DNA of 53,152 bases from Clostridia bacterium (GTDB lineage Bacteria; Bacillota; Clostridia; TANB77; CAG-508). The DNA is taken from positions 1 through 53,152 of the forward strand of contig JAAWEA010000073.1 in assembly GCA_022794055.1 (NCBI GenBank), written 5' to 3'. The notes beneath the pieces are model-generated. The model saw only the letters and a list, made by a program, of their open reading frames with translations. It did no database searches and had not been told where the DNA came from. This document shows, piece after piece, positions 40,448 through 51,099 of the stretch. A program made the position numbers and the translations under genes. Positions within the stretch are counted from its first letter, which is position 1. Every line of letters starts with the position of its first letter.

Positions 40448-40642
40448 ATTAGTCCTCCTTTTTACTAAAAACTACATCTTCACTGTCTCGTGTCCTAAAA
40501 AACAAGAACTCTAAATAAAAACTATTTTAATACTAACATAATTTTACATAATTATCAATATATTTATTGTATTTCCCTTGAATTAAAAGTCCTTTTGTTA
40601 TATAATACTACTCAATTATATAAATTTGAAAGGAGCACAATA

Positions 40643-43462
40643 ATGGCATACAATTTTAAAGAGATAGAAAAAAAATGGCAAGACAAATGGGAAAAAGAAG
40701 GAACATTCAATGCAAAAGAAGACTACACAATGAAAAAATGGTATGGGTTAATAGAATTTCCATATCCATCAGGGCAAGGTTTACATGTTGGACATCCACG
40801 TAGTTATACTGCATTAGATATAGTAGCAAGGAAAAGAAGATTACAAGGTTATAATGTTTTATATCCAATAGGATTTGACGCTTTCGGTTTACCTGCTGAA
40901 AACTATGCAATCAAAACAAATGTCCATCCTAAAATAACAACTAGTCAAAATATTGAACATTTTACAGAACAATTAAAAGCACTAGGTTTCTCCTTTGACT
41001 GGTCTAGAAAAATTGACACAACAGATCCAAATTATTATAAATGGACACAGTGGATTTTTATTCAATTATATAAAAAAGGATTAGCTTATAAAGCCACTAT
41101 GCCTATAAACTTCTGCACTAGCTGTAAAGTTGGTCTTGCAAATGAAGAAGTTGTAAATGGTGTATGTGAAAGATGTGGTAGTCCAGTTGTGCAAAAAGAA
41201 AAATCTGAATGGATGCTAAAAATTACGGATTATGCTCAACGTTTAATAGATAACTTAGACGATGTTGATTTTCTAGAAAAAATCAAAACTCAACAAAAAA
41301 ATTGGATTGGACGTTCTGAAGGTGCTGAAGTAAATTTCAAAATTGCTCAAACTGATAAAACTCTAAAAGTTTATACAACAAGACCTGATACTTTATTTGG
41401 CGCAACTTACATGGTTATCTCACCAGAACATCCTATTTTAGAAGAATTAAAAGATAAAATCGAAAATTTAAAAGAAGTTGAAGAATATCAAAAACAAGCA
41501 AGTTTAAAATCTGCCTTTGAACGTTCTGAATTAAATAAAGAAAAAACAGGTGTTGAAATAAAAGGAATTACTGCAATCAATCCAGTAACTAATACAGAAA
41601 TTCCAATTTGGATTTCTGATTACGTTTTAATTACTTATGGGACAGGTGCAATTATGGCAGTTCCTGCACATGATACTAGAGATTATGAATTTGCAAAAAA
41701 ATTTAATTTACCTATTGTTCAAGTATTAGAAGAAGTTACAGGTGAAAAAAATGCAAATGAAACTCATAAAAATAGTATAGTTGCTATTGTCTATGATGAA
41801 AAAACTGATAAATATTTAACCATCAATTGGCATGATAAAGGTGGAAGACTTTTCGTTGGTGGAACAAGAAAAGAAAATGAGTCAGCTACTCAATGTGCAA
41901 TTCGTGAAATAAAAGAAGAAACTGGATATAATGATTTAGAACTTATATATGAAGGTTTTAAAATAAATCATCATTATTATGCCTATAATAAGGACAAATA
42001 TTTTGAAATTGATTGTACCCCTTTATTATTTAAATTAAACAGTGATTCAAGAGAAAGTCAAAATTTAGATTCTGATGAAATATTTGATGTTGAATGGGTA
42101 GATAAAAAAACAATAGGAGAAGAAATAAAAGACACTCTACATCTTAAATCTTTTGATTATGTCCTTAATAAAACTGCAATGGCAGGTGATGGAATACATA
42201 TAAATTCTGACTTCTTAAATGGTCTTAATAAAGAAGAAGCTATTTCTAAAATTATTTCTTGGCTTGAAGATAATAAAATTGGTACAAAAAAAATAAATTA
42301 TAAATTACGTGATTGGGTATTTTCTCGTCAAAGATATTGGGGTGAGCCAATTCCAATGGTTTATTGCGAAGAATGTGGTTGGCTTCCAATAGATGAAAAA
42401 GAATTGCCTTTAAAATTACCTGAAGTAGAAGAATTTACTCCTGGTGAAAATGGCGAATCACCTCTAGCAAAACAAACTGATTGGATAAATACAACTTGTC
42501 CTCATTGTGGTAAGCCTGCAAAAAGGGAAACTGACACTATGCCTCAGTGGGCTGGTTCATCTTGGTATTTCTTACGTTATATGGATCCACATAATAATAA
42601 TTCTTTAGCTTCAAAACAAGCTTTGGAATATTGGAATGCTATTGATTGGTACAATGGTGGTATGGAACACACTACTCTTCACCTACTTTATTCTAGATTT
42701 TGGCATAAATTTTTATATGATATTGGAGTTGTGCCAACTAAAGAACCTTATCAAAAACGTACTTCTCATGGCATGATTTTAGGAACTAATGGTGAAAAAA
42801 TGTCTAAATCTAAAGGAAATGTTATAAATCCTGATGATATTATAAATGAATTTGGTGCCGATACTTTTAGAGTTTATGAAATGTTTATGGGTCCTTTCGA
42901 TCAAGTTGCTGCTTGGTCTATGGATAGTATTCGTGGATGTTCTAAATTTCTAGATAGAGTTTGGAATATGCAAAATATGTTAATAGATGGTGATGAATAT
43001 TCTAAAGAAACTGAAAAAATGATACATCAATCAATAAAAAAAGTTTCTCAAGATATTGAAGAAATGAAATACAATACTTGTGTATCAACATTTATGACTA
43101 TGGTAAATGAGTTTTATAAATTGAAAAGAATCAATAAAGCTGAATTTAAAACATTTATTACTTTATTAAATCCTTTCGCTCCACATATAACTGAAGAACT
43201 TAATAAAATTGCTGGATTTGAAAATGATATTTCTACTTATGCTTGGCCAGAATATGATGAAGAAAAAACAGTTAATGATGAAATAACTTTACCTATTCAG
43301 TTTAATGGTAAATTGAAAGCTACTATCACTATTGAATTAAATGAAGATGAAACTTCTGTTAAGGAAAAAGTTCATCAAGCTATTGATACTAAATTAGAAG
43401 GAAAAAATATTGTTAAAGAGATTTATGTTAAAAATAAAATTTATAATATTGTTGTTAAATAA
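40643..43462 (+). CDS. leuS: Leucyl-tRNA synthetase with inserted Nudix domain
   Basis: [34 protein letters not shown]; Nudix box at 41858-41929. Confidence 0.96.
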   Translation: MAYNFKEIEKKWQDKWEKEGTFNAKEDYTMKKWYGLIEFPYPSGQGLHVGHPRSYTALDIVARKRRLQGYNVLYPIGFDAFGLPAENYAIKTNVHPKITTSQNIEHFTEQLKALGFSFDWSRKIDTTDPNYYKWTQWIFIQLYKKGLAYKATMPINFCTSCKVGLANEEVVNGVCERCGSPVVQKEKSEWMLKITDYAQRLIDNLDDVDFLEKIKTQQKNWIGRSEGAEVNFKIAQTDKTLKVYTTRPDTLFGATYMVISPEHPILEELKDKIENLKEVEEYQKQASLKSAFERSELNKEKTGVEIKGITAINPVTNTEIPIWISDYVLITYGTGAIMAVPAHDTRDYEFAKKFNLPIVQVLEEVTGEKNANETHKNSIVAIVYDEKTDKYLTINWHDKGGRLFVGGTRKENESATQCAIREIKEETGYNDLELIYEGFKINHHYYAYNKDKYFEIDCTPLLFKLNSDSRESQNLDSDEIFDVEWVDKKTIGEEIKDTLHLKSFDYVLNKTAMAGDGIHINSDFLNGLNKEEAISKIISWLEDNKIGTKKINYKLRDWVFSRQRYWGEPIPMVYCEECGWLPIDEKELPLKLPEVEEFTPGENGESPLAKQTDWINTTCPHCGKPAKRETDTMPQWAGSSWYFLRYMDPHNNNSLASKQALEYWNAIDWYNGGMEHTTLHLLYSRFWHKFLYDIGVVPTKEPYQKRTSHGMILGTNGEKMSKSKGNVINPDDIINEFGADTFRVYEMFMGPFDQVAAWSMDSIRGCSKFLDRVWNMQNMLIDGDEYSKETEKMIHQSIKKVSQDIEEMKYNTCVSTFMTMVNEFYKLKRINKAEFKTFITLLNPFAPHITEELNKIAGFENDISTYAWPEYDEEKTVNDEITLPIQFNGKLKATITIELNEDETSVKEKVHQAIDTKLEGKNIVKEIYVKNKIYNIVVK

Positions 43463-43512
43463 TATTAACCCTATTGAATTTCAAATGTTCAATAGGGTTT
43501 TTAATTTGGAAT

Positions 43513-43923
43513 TTAAAAAGCCTGAACTTTTGAATTTAAATGAAATATTTTATCGTCTTGCCTGTCTAATCTGTCCTCACATGAATTTAGTCTTTTTTCC
43601 GTTGAATCAAATTTTTCTGAATGCATTGTAACAGCATCAAATAGCATTTCTAATTTTTGTCCATGCTCCACTTCTATTTTTGCTACTGTTTTACTTAGTT
43701 TTCTAACTTCTTCTTTTAATTCTTTCTGCCCTGTAAACAATTCTTTTTGTCCTTTCTTCAAATCCAAAAGTATTTTATCTCTTTCTTCTTGCCCTTTGAA
43801 TAAATCTTGCTGTCCTTTCTTCAAATCCAAAAGTATTTTATCTCTTTCTTCTTGCCCTTTGAATAAATCTTGCTGTCCTTTCTTCAAACCCAAAAGTAAT
43901 TCATCTCTTTCTTTTTGTGTCAT
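43513..43923 (-). CDS. Coiled-coil protein with 21-aa tandem repeats
   Basis: LKKGQQDLFKGQEERDKILLD repeats; RBS AGGAGAGG. Confidence 0.75.
   Translation of the reverse strand: MTQKERDELLLGLKKGQQDLFKGQEERDKILLDLKKGQQDLFKGQEERDKILLDLKKGQKELFTGQKELKEEVRKLSKTVAKIEVEHGQKLEMLFDAVTMHSEKFDSTEKRLNSCEDRLDRQDDKIFHLNSKVQAF
43748..43918. repeat. 63-bp tandem repeat, about 2.7 copies
   Basis: Units begin at 43748, 43811 and 43874; the first two are identical. Confidence 0.9.
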
Positions 43924-44107
43924 AAATTCCTCTCCTTTCCTAAAAATTCAGTTTTATACAAACTGTGAAATGATTATACAATATTTCCTTATAGGTGTCA
44001 ATAAAAATATTTGTAATAGAAACGTAATATACATTTAATAATTATGTAATATATATTAGTTAATTTTATTATATAATATTTTTAATAATTATTATAAGGA
44101 GAAAACT

Positions 44108-45214
44108 ATGAGTATAGAATCTGATTTAAAAAAGGATGGAATAGAAGTAATACAAAAGCTAGATACATTAAAAATAAATTCAATTGCAAAAAATGTATCT
44201 ACTCGTATATGTGAGACATTTCCAAATTTCAATTTAAATCAAAACGAATTATTTATTAAATTGTCCAGATTAAATATGTATATTGCAAATATCCCTGAAG
44301 GTATGGCTGAAGCTAGTTATTTTTTCAGAAATTCTTCTATTTATTTTAATAGTCATCTTGACTATGAAGATATTGAAGAATTTGCAATACATGAATGTAT
44401 TCACAATATTCAAGAAGTAAAAGACAATAAAAATTATTTAATAAGAATGGGACTATGTGATTATACAGAATTTAATATTTATGGCTTAGCATTAAATGAA
44501 GCTGCTGTTCAGCTTATGTCTTCTAAAATACTTGGAATACCAGAAGAATTTGTTAAGTACTACAATATAAGCTTTAAAACGAACAGTCCTACATATTATC
44601 CTTTAGAGTGCTGTCTAGTAAAACAATTAGCCTATCTTATAGGAGAAAATACTTTATTTGAAAGTACTATTAACAGTACTGATACATTTAAAAGTAAACT
44701 TATTTCTATAATTGGTGAGAGAAACTTTTATACTATACAAAAATCAATTGACAAAATTCTAACTTATCAAGAAGACATTATAAAATTAAATAATAAAATT
44801 CAACAATTAGATGAAACAAATAAAAAAATCAATTCCTCACTTCAAAAAATAGACTCTTTAAAAAGTAAAATTACGGCTAGTTTTATAAAAACCCAAAACA
44901 TAATTATCTCTAGCTACTTTGACTCAACCTTTTCTTATATTTCAAATTTGGAAGAAGTTGAAAATTATCGCAGAAAATTATATAATTTTAAAGATTACCT
45001 AGGTACTACTGATGAATATACTTATTTTAATGACTACTATGTTGACAGAATGGTAAAATTAGAAGAATTATACTATAAATTAGAAAATGCTCATATCAAT
45101 AATTCTTTATCTGTTATTAGTAAAAAGACTTCAATTTTATTAACTTTCATAAAAATAGTTAAAAAATTACTTCGTATTAAGAAATCAGAAAATACAGAAT
45201 TTCAAAAGGATTAA
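44108..45214 (+). CDS. Hypothetical protein with HExxH zinc-metallopeptidase-like motif
   Basis: AIHECIH...GLALNEAAVQ. Confidence 0.7.
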   Translation: MSIESDLKKDGIEVIQKLDTLKINSIAKNVSTRICETFPNFNLNQNELFIKLSRLNMYIANIPEGMAEASYFFRNSSIYFNSHLDYEDIEEFAIHECIHNIQEVKDNKNYLIRMGLCDYTEFNIYGLALNEAAVQLMSSKILGIPEEFVKYYNISFKTNSPTYYPLECCLVKQLAYLIGENTLFESTINSTDTFKSKLISIIGERNFYTIQKSIDKILTYQEDIIKLNNKIQQLDETNKKINSSLQKIDSLKSKITASFIKTQNIIISSYFDSTFSYISNLEEVENYRRKLYNFKDYLGTTDEYTYFNDYYVDRMVKLEELYYKLENAHINNSLSVISKKTSILLTFIKIVKKLLRIKKSENTEFQKD

Positions 45215-45217
45215 CAA

Positions 45218-46492
45218 TTACGTTAATCCTTTTTTTAGATATTCTATAATACTTTTAGCAGCTTCCCTACCTGAACGAGAAGCCCAAGCAACTGTACCTT
45301 TAGCTCCAATTAAGTCTCCACCTGCAAATATTTTACTATTAGAAGTTTCATAATTATCATTAACAATAATATTCCCCCATTTATTTACAGTTAATCCCAA
45401 TTCTAAAATTTCATCTGTTACAGTACTTCCTAAAGCCATTATTACATAATCTGTATCAATTTCATAATTACTTCCTTCGATATTTATAGGAACTAATCTC
45501 GTTTCTCCCTCTTTTTGAACTAATTTTGTTTTTATTAATTCTATTTTTTCAACTTTCTCTTTTCCTTTTATTTCTATTATATTATTTTGAAATAAAAATT
45601 GTATTCCTTCTCTTTTTGCTTCTTCTATTTCTTTTACTTCTGCAGGCATTTGTTCTTCTGCTCTTCTATATATAATACTTACCTCTTTAGCTGCCAATCT
45701 TTTTACAGTCCTACTACAATCCATTGCAACATTTCCACCACCAATTACGCATACTTTTTTTCCTGTATAATTAGGATGTTGTGTATATTCTAAGAGTTCA
45801 TTTCCACCATAAACACCATTTAATTTTTCTCCTTTTACACCCATTTTAGATGATTTATTTGCACCAACACTTAAAAATATTGCATCATATTTATTTAATT
45901 CTTCTAGTTTTAAATTTTTTCCTAATTCTCTTCCATATTCTACTTTAACACCTAAGTCTAAAATTCTTTTTACAGTTCCTTCTACAACTTTTTTGTCTAA
46001 CCTAAAATTTGGAATTCCATGTACTAATAATCCCCCTAAGTAATCATGTTTTTCATATATAGTAACTTGTATTCCTTTTCTTGCTAAAAACGCTGCTGCT
46101 GTTAACCCTGCTGGTCCTCCTCCAATTATTGCTACATTTTTATTTTTTAGTATTTCTTCAATTTGTAATACATCTTTTAATTGTATATTTTCTTCTAATA
46201 CTTTTTGAAATACAAAACTTTCTATTTCTCCAATACTTACTGATTCACCTTTAATACCTCTTACACAACTTCCTTGACATTGTTTTGTATGTGGACAAAT
46301 TTCCCCACATACTCCTGGCAATACTGTTGTTTCAGATAATATTTCATAAGCTTTTTTATAATTTTTAGCCTTTACTGCTTGTATAACATCTGGTATTTGA
46401 TTATTTAGTGGACATCCTTTATTGGCACATGGTTTAGTTTTACAATTCAAACAATAATTCAATTTTTCTTCTATATTTTCCATTTTTAACAT
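45218..46492 (-). CDS. GltD/PreT/NfnB-like FAD- and Fe-S-dependent oxidoreductase
   Basis: CLNC..C..CP, CGEICP..QC..C, GGGPAG, GGGNVAMD, FAGGD. Confidence 0.88.
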   Translation of the reverse strand: MLKMENIEEKLNYCLNCKTKPCANKGCPLNNQIPDVIQAVKAKNYKKAYEILSETTVLPGVCGEICPHTKQCQGSCVRGIKGESVSIGEIESFVFQKVLEENIQLKDVLQIEEILKNKNVAIIGGGPAGLTAAAFLARKGIQVTIYEKHDYLGGLLVHGIPNFRLDKKVVEGTVKRILDLGVKVEYGRELGKNLKLEELNKYDAIFLSVGANKSSKMGVKGEKLNGVYGGNELLEYTQHPNYTGKKVCVIGGGNVAMDCSRTVKRLAAKEVSIIYRRAEEQMPAEVKEIEEAKREGIQFLFQNNIIEIKGKEKVEKIELIKTKLVQKEGETRLVPINIEGSNYEIDTDYVIMALGSTVTDEILELGLTVNKWGNIIVNDNYETSNSKIFAGGDLIGAKGTVAWASRSGREAAKSIIEYLKKGLT

Positions 46493-46607
46493 CTTTCCTT
46501 TTTAGTACAAATCTATTTGGAAAAGTTTTTTTATATCCTTTTCCTTTTTCTTATATTCTATATGGAAATAAAAAAATAGTCAATGTTACTGACTATCTCT
46601 TCTAATT

Positions 46608-47159
46608 CTATTTATTCAATTCTTCAACAACTAACTTTAAATCTTTTATAAAATCAACTTTTTTAGTTTCATCTCTTAAAAGTGCAGCTGGATGCCAAGT
46701 AGGCATATATTTAATTTGCATTTTTTCAAACCATTTTCCTCTAGAAGCCGTTATTCCATACTCTTTTCCTAAAATATTTTTTAAAGCTACACTTCCTAAT
46801 AAAACAATAATTTCTGGTTTTACAAGCGTAACTTGATTTCTTAAATAATCAAGACAAGCATTTGCTTCATCTTCTTCTGGATTTCTATTTGCAGGAGGTC
46901 TACATTTTACGATATTTGCAATATACACATCTTCTCTTTTAATACCTACTATTCCAAAAGCCATATTCATTAGTTTCCCAGCTCTACCAACAAAAGGAAT
47001 CCCTTGCATATCTTCATCTGCTCCTGGTCCTTCACCAATAAACATTATTTTTGCATTTTTATTTCCTGTTCCAAATACAATATTTCTTCTTGTCTTACAT
47101 AATTTACATTTATTACAATCTACTATTGATTTCTCTAATTCTTCCCATGTTTCCAACAT
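46608..47159 (-). CDS. Uracil-DNA glycosylase family 4
   Basis: CNKCKLC, GEGPG..ED..G.PFVG.AG, KCRPP.NR.P, HPA. Confidence 0.93.
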   Translation of the reverse strand: MLETWEELEKSIVDCNKCKLCKTRRNIVFGTGNKNAKIMFIGEGPGADEDMQGIPFVGRAGKLMNMAFGIVGIKREDVYIANIVKCRPPANRNPEEDEANACLDYLRNQVTLVKPEIIVLLGSVALKNILGKEYGITASRGKWFEKMQIKYMPTWHPAALLRDETKKVDFIKDLKLVVEELNK

Positions 47160-47246
47160 ATTTTACTCCTTTGCCCCAAAAGGTATAATTTTATTTGGTA
47201 TATTTAAAAATGTCCCAAAAGTAAACCTCCCCAATGGGATAAGACA

Positions 47247-48176
47247 TTATTTCACACAATTTTCTATCAATTTTATTTTTCTTTCCTCATTTGTATTTAT
47301 TTCTGCTTTTGTTCCTATTGGTATTACTGTCTTTCTTTCTATATGTCCAAAATAATTAGACTTTATAATTGGGAATTTATATTTTTCATTTGGTAATTCT
47401 AAAACATCTGAAATAATCTTTTCTAAGCTTATCCCACTCTCATGCTCATAATTTCCAATCCATAACCCTTTTATTTCATCAAATACACCATTTTGTTTCA
47501 TATAATATAAATCATTACTACATAATGCTGGATATGATTCTAAAGCAAATTCTTCTAAAAATAAAATCTTATCTGTAAATTTTACATTATAATTTCCAGC
47601 TGTCAACCCCTTCATTATTGATAAATTTCCTCCTATCAACTCTCCTGTTGCTATTCCTTCTTGAATTGTAATGTCTTTATCTTCTTTTAGTCCAAGGTCT
47701 AAATTTCCATCTACAAATCTTTTTAATACTTCTTTTAAACTGTAATCTGTTTCATCTGTTGCCACTGTTTTAAAATTAGTTGAACTAAATGTTACAAGTC
47801 CAGTTTTTTCTGTTATTATATTAGTAAGTGAATTTATATCGCTGTAACCACATATTATTTTAGGATTTTCTTTTATTATATCATAATCTAAATATTCAAA
47901 AACTGAATTAGAATTTGAACCTGCTTTTGCACACCATATCATATTTATATTTTCATCTGCAAACATTGAATTTATATCTTCTGCTTTTTCTTTTGCAGTA
48001 CTACTATATCCATTTGTATTGGAAAATAAATTTTTTGAGTATTTCACTTTAAATCCTAGTTGTTCTATTATCCTTCTAGCTTCTTGTAATTCTTCTATTT
48101 TTTCTCCAACTACTGGCTCTGATGGTGCTACAACTCCTATTGTATCTCCTATTTTTAATTTGTTAGGTATAATCAT
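47247..48176 (-). CDS. S66-family LD-carboxypeptidase (MccF/LdcA-like)
   Basis: GYSD, GGNL, LFLEE, FGH catalytic motifs. Confidence 0.88.
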   Translation of the reverse strand: MIIPNKLKIGDTIGVVAPSEPVVGEKIEELQEARRIIEQLGFKVKYSKNLFSNTNGYSSTAKEKAEDINSMFADENINMIWCAKAGSNSNSVFEYLDYDIIKENPKIICGYSDINSLTNIITEKTGLVTFSSTNFKTVATDETDYSLKEVLKRFVDGNLDLGLKEDKDITIQEGIATGELIGGNLSIMKGLTAGNYNVKFTDKILFLEEFALESYPALCSNDLYYMKQNGVFDEIKGLWIGNYEHESGISLEKIISDVLELPNEKYKFPIIKSNYFGHIERKTVIPIGTKAEINTNEERKIKLIENCVK

Positions 48177-48243
48177 TTTTTATTCCTTTCCATAATAGTA
48201 AATTCATTTTTCTATTTAATATATTTATTGTATATGAAAATCA

Positions 48244-49098
48244 TCAATTTTTCAAGGAAATAATTGCAGTTGCAAGTCCATATTCTTGCTTTTCTATTCT
48301 ATAAGAATGTACTAAATCACAATTACAAACACTACAAATTCCACTATCTATAATATTTTCCTCTTTTAAGCCAATACCTTTTAACATAATTTTGTTAATT
48401 TGCACTGTATCTATATTCCACTTTTCATTATCCAATTGTTTTTCCATAATTTCTTTTGATTCAGATATTTTCAAGTCTTGAAACTCTTTTTCAAACATTT
48501 CTTTTACCTCAATACCTACTTCAAAATGACACTTTCTTATACTTGGACACATACAACAAATAATATTTTGAGGCTTGCAATTATAATCGTTAATCATCAT
48601 TTCAACTGCTTTTACAGATATTCTTTGCAAAGTTCCTTTCCAACCTGAATGAACATTTGCTATAGTTTTTGTAATTGGATCAAATAGCAATAATAAAATA
48701 CAATCAGCATTTGTTGTTGATAAAACTAAACCTTTTTTATTAGTAATCATACCATCTTTTCCAGTATATTCAGTCATACTTATATCTGGTTTATTTTTGT
48801 TAATTTTATTATTTATACAAACTATATTGTTTGTATGTTCTTGAATTACTTTAACAACATCAATATAATTTTCATTAATTGCTCCACATAATTTTTTATA
48901 ATCTTGTATAGCTCTATTAAAATCTTCTTTTGATAATTTCTCTGCATTCTTTGCTCTTCCTGTTCTAAAATTCATTTCTGTCCCTAATGAATAAGCATGT
49001 TTTATAATGTCTTTGTATTCTAGTAATTTTCTAAATTGTAAATATTGAATTCCATCTTTTTCAATATGAATTATATTTTCATTACTTAAATTTTTCAA
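48244..49098 (-). CDS. pgeF: PgeF/YfiH family protein
   Basis: QEHT, ADC, HSGWKG, CSVC, SYR. Confidence 0.85.
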   Translation of the reverse strand: MKNLSNENIIHIEKDGIQYLQFRKLLEYKDIIKHAYSLGTEMNFRTGRAKNAEKLSKEDFNRAIQDYKKLCGAINENYIDVVKVIQEHTNNIVCINNKINKNKPDISMTEYTGKDGMITNKKGLVLSTTNADCILLLLFDPITKTIANVHSGWKGTLQRISVKAVEMMINDYNCKPQNIICCMCPSIRKCHFEVGIEVKEMFEKEFQDLKISESKEIMEKQLDNEKWNIDTVQINKIMLKGIGLKEENIIDSGICSVCNCDLVHSYRIEKQEYGLATAIISLKN

Positions 49099-49126
49099 GT
49101 TTTACCTCCAAATTGTAAATTATCTT

Positions 49127-49564
49127 TTACAATATCTTTTCCATATATATCAAAAATCCAGTTTCGCTCTTCTCTTTAACTTCTCTAAATCCAAATCTTG
49201 TATATAATTTAACTGCTGATACAAATCTATTATAAGTACATAATCTTAATTTTTTTGCACCATTAGCTTTTGCTATTAATTCTACTTCATTAAGCATTTG
49301 TGTCATAATGCCCATATTTCTATAATCATGCTCAACAAATACTCTACCAATTTCTGAAATACCATCTACTGGTTCAGTTAAAGCTATAATCCCATTTGGT
49401 ATCTCATTATCATAATTGACTAATACATATTTATATTTCTCTAAATTATTCATACAATTTGCACCAATATCACGTTGCTCTTTTATTACTTCTTTATGTT
49501 CAATTTCTAATTTCTTACACAATTTTAAAAAATCTATATCATTATATTTTAAATATTTAATCAT
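49127..49564 (-). CDS. GNAT acetyltransferase
   Basis: EIGRVFV..YRNMGI, AVKLYTRFGF. Confidence 0.88.
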   Translation of the reverse strand: MIKYLKYNDIDFLKLCKKLEIEHKEVIKEQRDIGANCMNNLEKYKYVLVNYDNEIPNGIIALTEPVDGISEIGRVFVEHDYRNMGIMTQMLNEVELIAKANGAKKLRLCTYNRFVSAVKLYTRFGFREVKEKSETGFLIYMEKIL

Positions 49565-49637
49565 AAAAAATCATCCTTATAAATTACTATTCCTGTTTAA
49601 AAAACAGACAATTTCAACTAATTATCTGCACTATATA

Positions 49638-50939
49638 TTATAATTTTACTGTTTCCTTCAATTCATCATACTTTCTTTCATCTTCTGAATAGTCTTCTGG
49701 TTTTAAACCTACTCTTTTTTTCATATATTTTACTATAAATAACAAAAGCACTGTTGAAACTACTCCTAAAATAATCATACAATAAGATGTATTCATCCTA
49801 TCTAATAAAAATGATGCAAAAATTCCTATTATTGCAGATACTATACTTTTTAAGAAATTTTTCACAGTATATATTTTTGTATCAATTTTTTCATTCGCAA
49901 AATTTCTCAAATATTTTTCTGTCAAATTATAATAAATACTATTTATTATATATCTAACTATGTACATTATAATTATAAAAATAATTAAATATCTTACTTC
50001 ATTTGAAAATACTCCTATTATGCCTGATAGCATACAAGAAATTGTTATTAAAAATCCTATTATTGCCAAAGATTTATTTTTATATTTTTGATGGAATTCT
50101 TCTTGTTTTTTACTAGAAAAACTAGATATTATACCTAATCCAGCAAATATCATTCCCATAATTCCAGATGATATATTTAGCTCTTCTAATAAACTTACTT
50201 CATAAATATCTAATGCACAAAATAATCCTGCAATTAAAGAACAATACAATAATAAACTTTTTAATCTTTCTGACTTTAATATAAATTTCAATGAACTTTC
50301 TATTTCCTTTATATTGCTGCTAATACTAATTTCTTTATAATTTATTTTCTTTTTATTTACAGGTTCAATAAAGAATGCTGATATAATTGTTACTAAAACC
50401 GTTGTAGCTAAAGATAATATCATTGGTATATAAGCATTTATTTGATATAACCATCCAGCTAATACTTTTGTAACTGCATTTATAAAATAGTACCCTGCTG
50501 CTCCTTTTTCATTTATTTTTGCAAAAATCTTGTCTTTACTTTTCGCCTTTGGTATTGATTCATTTAGCAAACTTGGTTCTGCTGTTTCCTTAATTGCAAA
50601 AGCCAGTGATGACATCATTTCAGCTATTATTAAATTAAATAAGTTTTTGCTAAACATTACCACTACCATATATAAACAATTAACTATATTTCCAAATATA
50701 ATACTATTTTTTCTACCTAGAAATTCTACTATAAATACTGCTGGTATTTGCATTATTATTCCAAATAGTGCATAAAATGCCTCTATTAACACAACATCTG
50801 CTGGATTTATTCCTTTTACTTGTGTTAAAAACAAAAAGTTTATTGTATAAAAAAATAAATAATCCCAAGCTAGTTTTTTATATGTTGGAAATATTTTCAT
50901 ATTTCTTTTTCTCATCTGTATTTCTGCATCTTTTACCAT
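49638..50939 (-). CDS. MFS transporter
   Basis: About 12 hydrophobic segments, EFLGRKNS motif A-like. Confidence 0.85.
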   Translation of the reverse strand: MVKDAEIQMRKRNMKIFPTYKKLAWDYLFFYTINFLFLTQVKGINPADVVLIEAFYALFGIIMQIPAVFIVEFLGRKNSIIFGNIVNCLYMVVVMFSKNLFNLIIAEMMSSLAFAIKETAEPSLLNESIPKAKSKDKIFAKINEKGAAGYYFINAVTKVLAGWLYQINAYIPMILSLATTVLVTIISAFFIEPVNKKKINYKEISISSNIKEIESSLKFILKSERLKSLLLYCSLIAGLFCALDIYEVSLLEELNISSGIMGMIFAGLGIISSFSSKKQEEFHQKYKNKSLAIIGFLITISCMLSGIIGVFSNEVRYLIIFIIIMYIVRYIINSIYYNLTEKYLRNFANEKIDTKIYTVKNFLKSIVSAIIGIFASFLLDRMNTSYCMIILGVVSTVLLLFIVKYMKKRVGLKPEDYSEDERKYDELKETVKL

Positions 50940-51099
50940 TTGTATCCTCCATTTTTTACTATAATTTCAAAAATACCCAAATTTAGTTAAAAAATAATTG
51001 GAAATTTAGCTAGGAAAATAAGATTTTAATTTATTAGTAACATAATATACGCTTAATAAACTAAAACTGAAATTCAACAACACCAAATGTCAATTATTT

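Noticed and set aside
40450-40642. T-box riboswitch upstream of leuS
   Set aside because: A -10 element lies close to the RBS and no T-box consensus or terminator is visible
43748-43918. Possible CRISPR array
   Set aside because: Contiguous tandem units with no unique spacers, coding in frame, and no cas genes
47170-47246. C-rich motifs (ccccaaaa, caatggga, also near 29381) as a REP-like repeat family
   Set aside because: Matches are only about 8 nt with no consistent palindrome
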